Below, piece after piece: positions 11,601 to 24,300 of a DNA stretch of 64,000 nucleotides. The number at the start of each line of letters is the position of its first letter. Position 1 is the stretch's first letter. The stretch comes from Felis catus. Lineage: Eukaryota. The notes under the pieces are model-generated. The model worked only from the letters and a program-made list of their open reading frames with translations. It searched no databases and was not told the DNA's origin. The stretch spans positions 3,968,001 to 4,032,000 of the forward strand of contig NC_058368.1 of the NCBI RefSeq assembly GCF_018350175.1. Direction: 5' to 3'. The translations under genes and the position numbers were made by a program.

Positions 11601-14600
11601 AGCTCTCACGCTGATTTCCTTAGCAAACTGCAGCAACTGTTGCTGAGATAGGATGTACTTTAGTCCAATGTTTCTCAAGAATTCCACCCAGGAGGTCATA
11701 AACGTGGCTTGATTTTTGGGCTTTATAAGCTGTTCCAATTTTTTAAAGAAGTCCGTAGGAATAAACAATTTTTCGGGAAGCATAACTTCAAAAACTCGCA
11801 CCGTTCTATCATAAAAATGTTTCGCTTGCTTTAGTCGACTGTTCGCATCGTGGATTATCAGTAAACTTTCCAGTTTTTCAAAAAGTTGTTCCTTGATCTC
11901 TGACAGTTCCTCAATACTTGACAGCCTATTCTTAAGATAGATCAGGTGCTCCAATTTTGCATCGTAAGAGAGATTTTCAATTTTGGGTAAGAGGTGCTTC
12001 AAATATACCTCAAGATCATCTACAGGTACACAGCCGAGCAACTCATAGAGTTCTTTTAGGTGTATTTTTTCTTCAAGAAATGCAGATGACGACGACTGTG
12101 TCCATTTTTCCACTTCAGCTGAAGGAATACTTTTTGTGAGTACATAGCATGTTCCGAATTTTGCGATGCTCATGTAGCGACCACTGATGGATTTGTAGCA
12201 TGGAAGTGACTTCAAAATTTTTATGTCGTCTTGGGACATCAAGTGACTGAGATTGCAGTTGAAATACATCAGAAGTGCTTCAAAGTCATTTTCTACTAAT
12301 TTTTCAGTTCTAAAGGTTGATGTTTGAACCATATAATGTACGGCCTTTAAAATGCTTGTGGGGCTCTCTATGTTTGCAGTGTGACGGGACAACAGAGGAA
12401 CAAATGCACTGTCTTTGGAGCAGATTTTGTTCAAAGCAAGCTGGATACAGCCAGCTTTCATGAGCGCGTGAAAGACTTTATCGCTCTGGGCATTTGGAAA
12501 AACTGCAATGTGCATGAGACTCAGAGGAAGCAGAACATCACCTTCAGGGACTACAAGCTGGTTGGCTGAAACGGTGAACTTTGTTCCTGGAAGCAACGCC
12601 CAGTCTTTTAGGGTATCGACAACAATGTCAAATGTCGGTTGTGTTTCTTCTTGATCTTCTTTCACGTTTACAGCCTCGCTGATAAAATGCCACGCATTCT
12701 TAAGCCAAGACTCACTTGCAAAATTGTCCTTCCACTTGGTACAATTTTTGGTCTTATACTCACGAGGCAACACAGAGGATAACAAATCAGCAAAGCTGGA
12801 GATGTCAAACACTTTTGCAACCTTACAGTTCAATAAAATATTACTGTATTTCAAATATAACGTATTCATGAACAAGTCTTTGCGGGATGGAATCAACTCA
12901 TGGTACGTTGTTAGAAACTTGGGTCGTTTTGCGTCAAAAGTCTGCAAAACACTGTCCAGTGTAATGAGAAGGGGCAGTCCCTCCACTTCAATCTCATTTT
13001 CTTCTGTGTCCTTGAAACAATAATCCACTAAAAGTTTCAAACTATGAAAAAGCTTTAGGTTGGTCTGCTGGAGACGACAAGGCAGCTTCCCAATGTGGCA
13101 ATTAGTGTCAGGAGAAGAAAAGGTCATTAAAAAAGATCTAACATCAGCAGGGGTGACGTAACTAACAGGGATATCCGCATCTATAAGGCAGTGGTACAGA
13201 TTGGCAGTTTCATCACAGTTATAAACCAAGTTGAAACCGATTTCTAAAAGGAGGTGTTTCAGTCTATAGACATTCTCTGCCACCGTCTTGCGGGTCGTGA
13301 TGTTATAATCTGCATTCTTCAGGTGTTGCAATTCATCCTGCAGTAAGTTGTCAAAAAACGGTCTGGTTTTATTTGAAGTAGACATATTAATCCAAGTAAT
13401 TATAACCGCAGAGTGTAAATCCGAGCCATCGATATTTGGAGCCCGTACAACAGGTAAAAGGCGTTTCATGTCTTCGTGAATGCAGCTGTAAAGTGCTTTC
13501 ACTAGACAATATAAATCTGGTTGTAGGTCAAGCCTGTTAACTGGGAAAAACGATAAAAACTTCTTTAAAGTATCCTTCACCACATGAATCGGTGTGTTCT
13601 GCAAAACCGACAGTGTTGGGTCAGAACCAGGGAAATAGCGCTTTTTTAGCTGGATTAGCAATTCAACATATGCAGGAGCTATTAATGCTGTCATTAAACT
13701 GTTATTCCAGTCACTGCGAACACCAACTCCATTATCGTCCCGCCACAGATTTCTTCTGGCTGAATCTAGAGCAAAATGGCCGTTCACGTGGAACGGCAAT
13801 CCCGTCTCTAAAGAGAGGGGCAAGAAACAGAAGGCCCTGTGGGGTTTTTTGTAGTTGTGAGTAATGCAGGCAGCTACTCCGCCACGTGGGAAGAGAGTAA
13901 TATCTTGGTTCTTGTGAGCCGATATAACGCTCTTAGACACTTTTTCCATACTTGAAAAACCCGACCTATTACAAATTAGCCACGTAGTAAGATTTCCTTC
14001 GGAGTCTTCGGTATCCATAGTATAGGTTATCTGTTGGACTGGTATGTCTTTGAGCTGTCTCTTTTTCGTAACGCTATCGATTACAGATGCGTGAAACTGT
14101 TTCCTTTTCAGTCTGTCCCCGTCGGTGATTTTGCCCTTTACAGAATACAGCACATTCAGGGCTCCAGTACCTTTGTCTATTTCACAAATAGAAATCTTTT
14201 CCATGTGATTAAGAAACATTAAAAGTTCTGCCCCATCTGACCGCAATTTGTCCAAAAGGTTCTGGACCATTCTGTCTGATGACGGAACTGAAGAAATTTC
14301 CGAAACTTTTGCCATTTCTGCGTTACGAAGAGGAAATCTAAACATTGTGCAATTATCCAATTTAAAGTGGGTTCCCAAGTAAAGATCCAGGACATCTGAG
14401 AACTGTGTCCTAAAATCTGCATCCAAATCTCTAAACATGCGTCCAGGACTAACGGATGTGGCTCCTGGTGCGTATCTGGCATGAGGATCAAAGATACACA
14501 GGATGTCATTGCCAGAAATGAAAGAAGGGCAGTCGGTAATATGATACACAGAATTGAATCCTATTCCGTACTGCCCAGTTTTACAGGGATTTCCTTCTTT

Positions 14601-17600
14601 GGTGCCTTTTCCAAGGTTCTGAATTCCCCTGACGTCATCCTCCGTGAAAGGTTGGTTGTTGTACACACAGAGCGCTGGCCCTTGCAGGGGGGCCCACTTA
14701 TCATCAAATATTCTGTCAACTGGATGCTGTCTAGGATCAAACACAAAACAGATTTCTGTGGCCTTTGCATCATCGGCATTCTGAAGAAGTTCTTTCAACA
14801 TTTCCTTTTCTGAAGGATAGGCGTTAAGGATACTCTTGATTCTGCTGGTCAGCTTCTCTTTCTGCCCAAATTCCGTGCCAAGTGTCGTGAAACAGATGTT
14901 GGAGGCGTACCTCTCCAAGGCTTTGTGTCGCTTTGGGACGGCTCCTAGTTTCACGGCTACTTCCCTGGGTATATCAGCATGACAGTATTTCACGGTGGTG
15001 TCCTTAACTTTTATCCAGGGACAATCGTTGTAGCATAAAGATTTAGCAGGGAGAAGCTTAAGATTAGTATCTGGCAGTAATATTTTGCCATAATTTTTCT
15101 CACAAAATTCTTGTTTCTTTTCTCTAATGAGACTCCATATTCCTTCACTAATTATTCGCCGGCAAAGCTGAAAATTCTCTTCTGTTATTTGCTTTGTTCC
15201 TTTCTCCTGATCAATAGATTCCAAAACAAGGGCAAAGTCCTCAACAGTAAATGACTGCCGCACGCCCACACTTTCGAAAAGCTCACGGAAATTGTTTTTG
15301 TATTTGTTAGGCAGCTGATAAAGGTAGGGTGCTGCCTCGAAATTCAAGTGAAAAGACACTTTTTCTGAGTCAACATATGCATTCTCAACTAGAATGAAGC
15401 TAAAGGGCTTTAACTTTTCAACAATTGACATCTTAGTGACCTCATTTTGCATCATTGCATCATGAAGGTATTTGTAGCAAGCATTGGTGATGTTCTCCTG
15501 GTACAATGTGATCCCATCGTCAACTGACTTTGCAACTTCTTTCAGCTGGTTCACAACCAGATCAACCGTCGGCTTCCTCAGTAATCCCAAAAACTCCTTA
15601 ACAGCCAGTGACACCGAACCACACCCCCTGAAGGAATGTGAGTTTTCATTTAGAATTGGTTGCAGGAGACAAACTATATCTTGGTGCTCAGCCGTGTAAA
15701 GATCAGTTGCTGCAAACATGGTTTCGGGCTTAAAACTGTTACCTTTCCAGTCCAAAGAAAATCCTGCCGGCTTTGTCAGAAATGGAAGGAAGGGGATTGT
15801 TTGATATTTTGCAGCAAAATCCTTTGCCCTAGGATCCCTGATTTTCAGCTTTTCATCAATGAGACTTAACAGGATGCTACTTCTCAGACAAGCAGCAGCG
15901 TGATCGCTTTTATTAATTTCAGCCACTGACTGTGCACGTTCTAGCATGTCGTCCCACAGAATGTCATCTTTGGCCATACCTAACTGAACCAGCTTAATCA
16001 GAATAATAGGATTAAGATAATCCTGAGTGGAGCCATAAGGAAAGCGTCCATCTTTAGTATCAAACAACTTGGCGACGCGTCCTTCAGGGTGGATTAGCCT
16101 TGATGGCAAAACCAGAGGATGCCCCTGCAAAGAGCAAGGGATACATGGGGTAACACGAAGAATTCCTGAGAACTCATCAATTTTCTCATTTAGAACAAAG
16201 TTCATTAAAGGATCTCTGAGCTCTGCTTCGATTTCTTGGATATTTGGGAAAAACACTTCAGAAAAAAACTGCTTCTCTGAAAAGGTATTTTCAAGCAGTA
16301 TCTGTTTGCAGCCAGCTTCTTCAAATCCTGCTTTCACTGAAGAAGGAAGTTCAACAGCACAGAGGTTCTTTGACCCGGTCTTCTTGAGGTATTTCAAAAA
16401 TATCTTGAAGGCTGCTGGGCCAACATCTTTTCTTTTAAGTATAGAGTCATCCAGAAATCTCACATTCTTCATGGAAACCCACGTAGATCCGTCAGAGAAG
16501 ACTTTGGTCAGTTCTTTCCCTTTTCCATGAGCTATATCTTCATAAAATCCTTGGCAAATGACAGAAAAATCATCATGGACTAATTCAGGATCGGGCCACA
16601 CCGAGTAGTAAGTATAATCCATTAGCTCCCCATTAGTAGCCAGGTCGCGTAGGACGCTGAGGGCCTCCAAGTAAGCCCGCACAATAACGTGCCTCATGAA
16701 GGTGGCGTTCCATCGCCCTTTCGTGTCTGTCTTCCAGATTTCTTTTCTGTTTGAAGTAACAGCAAAACACCCATTGATGTGAACCGGCAATCCTGTTTTT
16801 ATTCGTAAGGGTAAATAGCAAAACACTTCTCCCACGTGTGGCTTCACAGCCCACTTCTGGTCCTGGATTTCGGACAGCAGAACCCCCACGGCCCCACAGG
16901 GAACCAGCCCTAGTCTTCGCCCACTTTCATTCAGGGAAAACTTTAGAGCCTCTCCTGTGTCCATGCAGGTGCATATCAGCCACGTGGTACACTCTACTGT
17001 TTTTTGAGGCAACTCATCTGACGGCTTTTTCGACTGGCCAGACTTAGCCATCTCGAAGAGAGCCGTTAGGTCATCCTCTGGACCTCTGAAAAGCGGTGAC
17101 TGCAAATCAGCAATCCTCCTGAACACATGGTGAAATTCTTCAACTGTGACCTGAAGAATGCAAGACGACTTGGGGGCATCGGCAGGAAGCTTTTTATTAC
17201 TGCTGCTGCAACTCTTCATGAGCCTAGAAGCTTCTTTTAAAACACTTAAGACAGGGGCACTCACTGCTTTGGAAGAGCAGGGGCTTTTCTTAATGATCAC
17301 CGTATCTTGCGCCAAGCTGGGATTGCTCTCCTCGATTTTCAAGTACTTCAAATACATGGAGTTCACACTCTGAGTGAAAATGATAAGCCTGTGACCACAG
17401 AGACTAAATTCATCCACAAGAGAGTAAATATCTGCCGTATTGTAGCAGGTACTACTAACTTCACTCACTTTGGCTTCCTGTTGCGTTCTAAAGGACAGTC
17501 GGAAAAGAGTTCCATCGTAGCTGTAAGGGGCTTCTACGGTCAGAGGTAACCGACAGCCAAATACGTCTATAAACGGTTTGAACTGATTGGGAAATTTCCG

Positions 17601-20248
17601 AAGTCTTTTCTGCTGTTTACTCCAATTAATCTTGATCCCAGGATTAGATTTGTCTTTAATGTGCTTACTGATGTGGTTTATGTTCGGATCGAACATTATC
17701 ATGAATTCTCGACTCATAATGATGGGAATGTCTGTGATATGGTACACGGAATTAAATCCCAGACCAAATTTTCCAACTTTGTCAACCTCTTCCCTCTTTA
17801 AAGATTCTCCTAACCTAGTTATGTTCACAAAATCTGAATCGGAGAATTGAGAATTATTGAAAGACCACAGAGCAGGTCCGTGGCAAGCCGCCATCCCCGG
17901 GTCTAGAAGATTCTCTCGAATGTCCATATTTCTTCGCATATCAATCATGAAACTGCACTCTGTTGCATTTGCGTCATCGGCATTTTGGAGCAGTTCTTTA
18001 AAAATGTCTGACACTGATGGGTATTCTTCCAGAATATTTTTAATTCTTACAGTAAGCGGTTCTCTCTGACCTGACTGCTCAAATCCCATGTTCTCAGGAT
18101 TGATCAGTCTTGTGCTGAGGCATGGAACTTTCAACCATTCTGCAGTCTTCATGGGTATGTCCTCGTGTACCAGAATGATTGGCTCCACCGAATCTTCCAG
18201 TAGATCATTGAGGTCATCAACTTTGATGTCACAGTAACAGCATTCATGAATTGGCTTCATGACAAGTTTAGAAGGGTTTTTGCTGTGATGTATAGGAACT
18301 GGTGTGTTGGGACTGGCTGGAATCTGATTGCTATACAGCCACCTGATGATATTCAACATAAGATGGAGATTTTGCTTGCTTTCCTGATCGCTGAGATCTT
18401 GGTCACTTTTGAGATATACCTTCTGAATGACTACGGAAATATGATCCGACGTCAACTCCTCTATCGAACCACAGACCTTAAACAGTTGGTGGAATTTTGC
18501 CATGGTTTTAGGCACACCGTGCAAATAGGGCTGAAGATCAAGATCATGGAATGGTTTTATCACAGCCTGGGCGAGGGGACAAAATTTCTTGCCAGTCCAA
18601 ACCCACGGAAATCTTAAGGCCCTGAAAGCATCCTTCCCTTCATTTAAATGATCATGCATGAAGCCGTAAATTTCCAGCAAAATATGTTGAAACTGATAGT
18701 AGTCCTCATCACTAAAGGTTTTCGAAGTATACCAATCAACAACAATTTTAAAGTGTTTTAAGACCGCACTGATGCTAGGTTCTGTGAAGATGCCCAAAGC
18801 TTTCTCCAAGTTCACATGGACGCTCTCAACAAGAGGAAGTGACGAGCCAACCAGGATTGCATGGGCTACATCACACATATCTGGTGGGGCACAAAGGTCG
18901 CAGACATCTCCCTTCCAGACTAACGAGCCTGGATAGTTTGGTGGCCTTTCCTTGCAAGCCGGGACCCATTTTATTTTCTTCAGGGTCATCTTTCCTTCAG
19001 ATGACTGCAACAGCGTATGATTCTTGTTTAAAACAAGTAAGAGTGTTTTGGCTTTCTTTACAAGAACCTCCTGATTCGGACAAGAACTGACCTGTAAGGC
19101 TTCGATTTTTTTTGCCACTTGCACAACATCAGCTTCTTCGAGGCTGGCTTCGTTTTTTAAACCAATCTGTCTTAAAGAGTGCAGGATATCTGGTGAGGTA
19201 AAAGCTACGGGTGGGAAACAGGTTTCTTCTTCACTATAAAAGAGATCCTTTAGTACTTCTAGATCAGGATCAAAGAGTTCGCCGGCTGACACCATCCGAT
19301 CCTGCGAAATCTGAATGAATTTTAACGGCCTTAACCAATCAAGCACATTCGGATTCTCGTTTTTAAGGGAGGACAGATTCTCAAGGGTCCATAACATAAG
19401 GCGTGTCAACTCATCATGTGAATAAAATTCATTTTCAATATCTTTTAAGATGAGCTTGAAGCAACTGGTGGTCTTTAACTTCTCTACCTTCAACATGTTT
19501 GCCAAGCGAATGGTAGCTTCGTCACTACTGTCTATGACTGAGAGAGAGAGTCGCAGATCTGGTGGAAGCTTGGCGGTATGGTGCAAGACCTTACAGCCTT
19601 TTAGTTTTGTATACGAGGAAATGCCCTGACCAGATAAGTGGTTAATCCGCTTGAATATTGGCAACTCCTGAATTATTCTTTTCTCTTTTTCACTGCTATC
19701 GGTTAAGGTAGCTAAAAACTTCCTCAGGGCATCTTTGTGCGTGGGAAGTAGCGAAGCTATCTGATTACACAATTTCTGCAGCGGCATCTTCTCCATGATC
19801 TGCAGCACAGCACTTGGTAACGGCGAGTGAATGTATTTTTTAACAAGTGGATGCTGTATGGAGGCATCTAATTTCTTAAGGACAATCCCTCCGAGTTTCT
19901 GTATGATATCTGCTAAAAATTCAGGAAGCTGTGCTTCGGATTCATCATCTAAAATGACTAACGATGGAGTCCTGAGTCTAATGAGCTCCACGCACGCCTG
20001 ACCATCTTCTAGCGTAGTTCTGGGGATAAGTGGCATCTCATCAAAGAGTGTCAAATCCTCTGAAAAATGTATATAGAGATTCTTCCACACCATTTTAAGC
20101 CAAGAAACAGATGGGTGATTTTTGTCTTCATCAGACGGATACCACTGAACAACCAACTCTCGGCCAGGCCAGAATGTATTCATTACTTCTTTGATAAGAC
20201 GTGCAAATCGTTCTGGATTTAGAAGCTGCAGCTGGGTACACGGTCTTC
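8691..20248 (-). CDS. SACS: SACS giant terminal exon, coding part (human exon 10 equivalent): end of SIRPT1, SIRPT2, SIRPT3, XPCB-like, J domain, HEPN
   Basis: Acceptor tttacag|GA at 20248. Contains the 3830-aa ORF ([10 protein letters not shown]...ENFIQQKV*), two GHKL-type motif sets ([10 protein letters not shown]...[15 protein letters not shown]), the J-domain HPD (WHPDKN, 9414-9422) and a C-terminal HEPN domain. Confidence 0.98.
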
Positions 20249-21325
20249 CTGTAAATCATACACAGAGATGTTATAAATACATACAACCCTACTCTAACTT
20301 GTCTAGCCTTCTAGTCTTACAGATTACGTAGTACTACGAAGCCATTTTTAGAAGGTTTAAGGACACTGTAAAAATGCGAACATTCAGCATTACTGGGCTA
20401 AAATAAGTTTTAAGTAACGACAGAGAATCTGCATATGCACTTGTATTTATGGGAGAAGTGATTCTCTTTGGAGAGTGCTTATTTTAAATCAATCCATAAA
20501 ATGCATTTACATGCATTTTTAGAATGATCCTGTAAGTTTCTACAAATAGAATCAACACAGAAAATAACTTTCAGTGGTTATCTGTCCACCAAAAAAAGCA
20601 TCAAAGATAATGTGGGAAAAGCTTAAACAGGTACCATTCTACTTAAGGCTACGTAATTTATAAGGAAACGCAATACAAATTTTCCTTTCTCCGTGTCTCC
20701 AGGAGCTGCGCAGGATGAAGGGAGGGCATGATAATGGGGTCCCAGATGCAAGTGACCAGCACTCTCTGAGGCTGAGGCCGTGAGGGGTCTTCCACAGTTT
20801 CCTTCCACGTACTAACTGGATGCCTAAGGTAGGGGTCACTCAATCTTGTGGGGCCCTGAATCCTCTCATCCGGAGAGAGGATGTGGATGAGGTTCTAGGT
20901 CCCAAGACTGCTCCGTTCACATGCCCGAGTACAGACCACATTCACAACTTTTCCCGGCAGCTTTTACCTCTCTACTTCTGACTGACTCCGGTGGGCTCTT
21001 TGGAGCCCTGGGATTTTGTGGAAATGCTTCGGGGAGAAACAAGTGGGGCAGCCAGGTGCTGCTGGGCAGGTGGGACTGTCCCCAGCCAAGCGGCTCTACT
21101 TCCAGGTGGCTTATAAATAAGACTCTAAGATTTTCGTCTCGGGGAAAAGACTGTTGCTGATTTTTTAACCACCGGTCCAGAAAATAACATTCGGGCTTGC
21201 CACGGCTTGTGTACTTAGTGCACAAGCATTTGCACCAAGTGCATTTAGTGCCTCAGAGTAGTTATAACACCAATGGGAAAAAATGTTTAAATAATACTGT
21301 GTACCTATAGGTCTGTGTCAGCAAA

Positions 21326-21365
<40 letters not shown>

Positions 21366-24300
21366 ATACATGGCATTTCAAATTCAATCTTCTGGAAACC
21401 TAACAATTTTCTTCCAATGTACATACGATTTCTAGACTCTAAAAGGGTAATTTTGGGGGAAAAAAATGATAAAAAAAAAGGGCACACCTCAAGCCCCTTG
21501 AAACTCTGGTTTATCACTATTTTTTAACCGAGAAAGGACACCCTTACCTCACAGTCTTACACCTCAGGAAGATGACTTTACCTTCTACCAAGAAAAGGAT
21601 CCCTCGTGTTACAAGGAGACATTTTAAAACGACTGCCACAGAAATTGAAGCCAGGGCACAGTTTTGCAACCTTTGGGAGATGTCAATACCCAAACGCTGA
21701 ACACCCTCAGTTTCTACATTGTGTCATTTAGGGGAAGTCACGTAGCTACACTTAAGAAATCCTAAGAGCTCGTCAGCAATTTGGCCAGTATAGCCTCCTT
21801 GACCTATGTGCCCCATTAAAATAGACTTTGTATAATTAAGTTTTAACAACATTGTTCTTAAAAAAAATGTTTACTGAATTAATAGACTACCCAAGGCAAG
21901 GATATGATTTTGCAAGGATACAAAAAAGAGTTAGAAATTAAAATTGAGAACACTTTGAAACGAAACATTAAATATGCACCACACGGTTCTATGTTAATAG
22001 GGGCCACATGACGTGCATTTTGTAGATACTCCCATCTAGTATCCTTGCGCGCAACCGGCAACTTATAAACATATACCCACCTTCAGGAAAACAATCTAAT
22101 ATTAACATATAAGTAAAATGCCAATAAAGCACCCACACCACATATAACATGCAACTAACACACCAGTCATGCTCAACTGAAAAAACGTACGAGAAAATAA
22201 AGGAGAGAGAAAATGAAGTTAAGACACAATTCTAAGTGCTTCAGATGGATTCGATCTGAAGTTCCGATTTCTATTTAGTTTGTATTTAAGCTTTCCACCC
22301 TGAAGTATGAATGTTAACGCAGAAAAACATCTTCACGCCCCGGGTCAGAAAGCCGCTGAAAGGCTGAAGCGCCTCCAGCGGTATCAGCCAAGTAAGTCTT
22401 GTGCCATTTTGATAAACCACTTGGCTTTTCTCGCCTCGGCCTTTCAAATCATCAGCACTGTCAAAAGAGGTCAACTGTTCAGGACTCAAGGAGTCCCTGC
22501 AGACAGAAACGTTTCACCTAACCTGTCATCAGACAGGACTGTCTAACTCCGAAGTGACTCTTTTAAAGAGCGGTTTTTGCTTTACTGTCCATCTTTCCAA
22601 ACTAGTAACATCAACCCGCTGAATCACTCTTTGAAGACTGCGCTGATTTGTGTTTATATTTGTTCACTTGTTCCCGTTCACTACTAACTTCGGGACACGT
22701 TTGTGACACGGACAAAAGGATACTATAGAGACTACTTCCACGTTTACTTTCCAAGAGACCCCAGTCCTGAGCGCTCTCCTTAACTGGGGGCTCACTACAC
22801 TTGCGCCGACCGGTCGGGGGCGCAGCTGGCTGGCCACTCTGTGCATCGCGGCCGCGGGCACGGCGACAGCTTTCCGTGCTTCGCTTGCACAGAAGGCGGC
22901 AGCGGCAGCTCTGACGGCTGGTGGGTTCTAGCCACGCTCCGCTGCGAAGGGACACCCAAATCTCCCTGCAAACACACGTGCGAGTGCAAGTCCAATGCAA
23001 CGGTAAGCTAGAGGGGGGTCACTCCTTCCGAGAAACAAAAAGGAAGGAGGCGAAGGAAGGACCAAGTCAAGAAGGGAAAGGGAAGCGCCACGTCTGCCCG
23101 CCATCACTCCATCTGGCACCGGGCACGTCTAAGTGGCAGCACCGCGGGTGCCACGGGGGTCCGGGGGGTCGCTACTCTAACACGGGCCACGCCAAGGTGG
23201 CTCAAAACTCGCACTGGTGACCAAATTTCTTCCCGGGAAGTCCACGCTGACACTCTGCGGCTGCCTTCCTGGAGTTGGTCTAGAAGAGGAGAGTGACCGA
23301 CTGGAGAGGTCACTCGCCGGCATCACCCAGAGCGCCCCCACGGCAGGCGGAAGCCACACCGCCTACTCCTACCGCCGTCGCGCTTCCCTCTTTGATTACA
23401 CCTCAAAACTACAGGCCCCGTGAAGGCTTCAAAATATCTAGTAATAGTAGCTGTGGATGACACGTCACTTACGAGCTAGAAACCAAATTTCGTATTTATG
23501 GGAATCGTCAATATAACCAATGACTTGGTTTCCCAATCAGTTTGAGCACGGGTATACGTTACTTCAAAGAACTGAGCCACTCCAAAAATAGTATTTACCA
23601 TAAAAGCAATTTCCATAAAGCAAATCTTGCAACCTCTAATTTTCCAGGTGAAACGTGAACTGGGGGAAAATAATACCAGTTGGGTCAAAATATTTTTATT
23701 AAAAAAAAAAAAAAAAAAAGACGGTCCGTAAAATGACACACTAGGCTCCGTAAGAACAATCGGCCGACTGCTCCTAAGGAGCGCGGTGTCAGCCACTTTG
23801 CTTTCCTGGGGGGGGGGGGGGGGGGGGGGGGGGCGCGAGGAGGGGGTGCTCTCTGCCATTCCTTCCTGGCTGCGGCACAGGGCGCCAGGCTCCACCAGGG
23901 GCGCCGTAGGGCTCCTCCCCACGGTCCCTGGTCCCAGGACTGGCTCCCCTCTAGCCTTTTTAATCGCAGACATTTATGTGTATCATGTAAGAAAGGGGTG
24001 TTCACTCTCCTACTCCCCCACTAGAAACCACAGCTTAAAATACAAATTTCAGCAGAATTCTTTCATTTGAAACTAAGTGTTCTGTGAAATGGATGTTTTC
24101 AAGTCATTTAGGTATGGTTTTACTGTCGTATGTCCAACCCCCATCTATACACCTATATTGGTACAGTTTCCTCTCTCCTTTAATATTTATTGGCATCAGA
24201 AAAAAAAAAGTTAACATAATTTCTAGCTACTTAGGTAAATGAAAAAACAAGATTCAAAGAATCAAATGAACAAAAACATCAGGCTACAAATAAACACAAC

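Noticed and set aside
9077..19090. Many short antisense or off-frame ORFs within the giant exon
   Set aside because: Expected shadows of a long coding exon.
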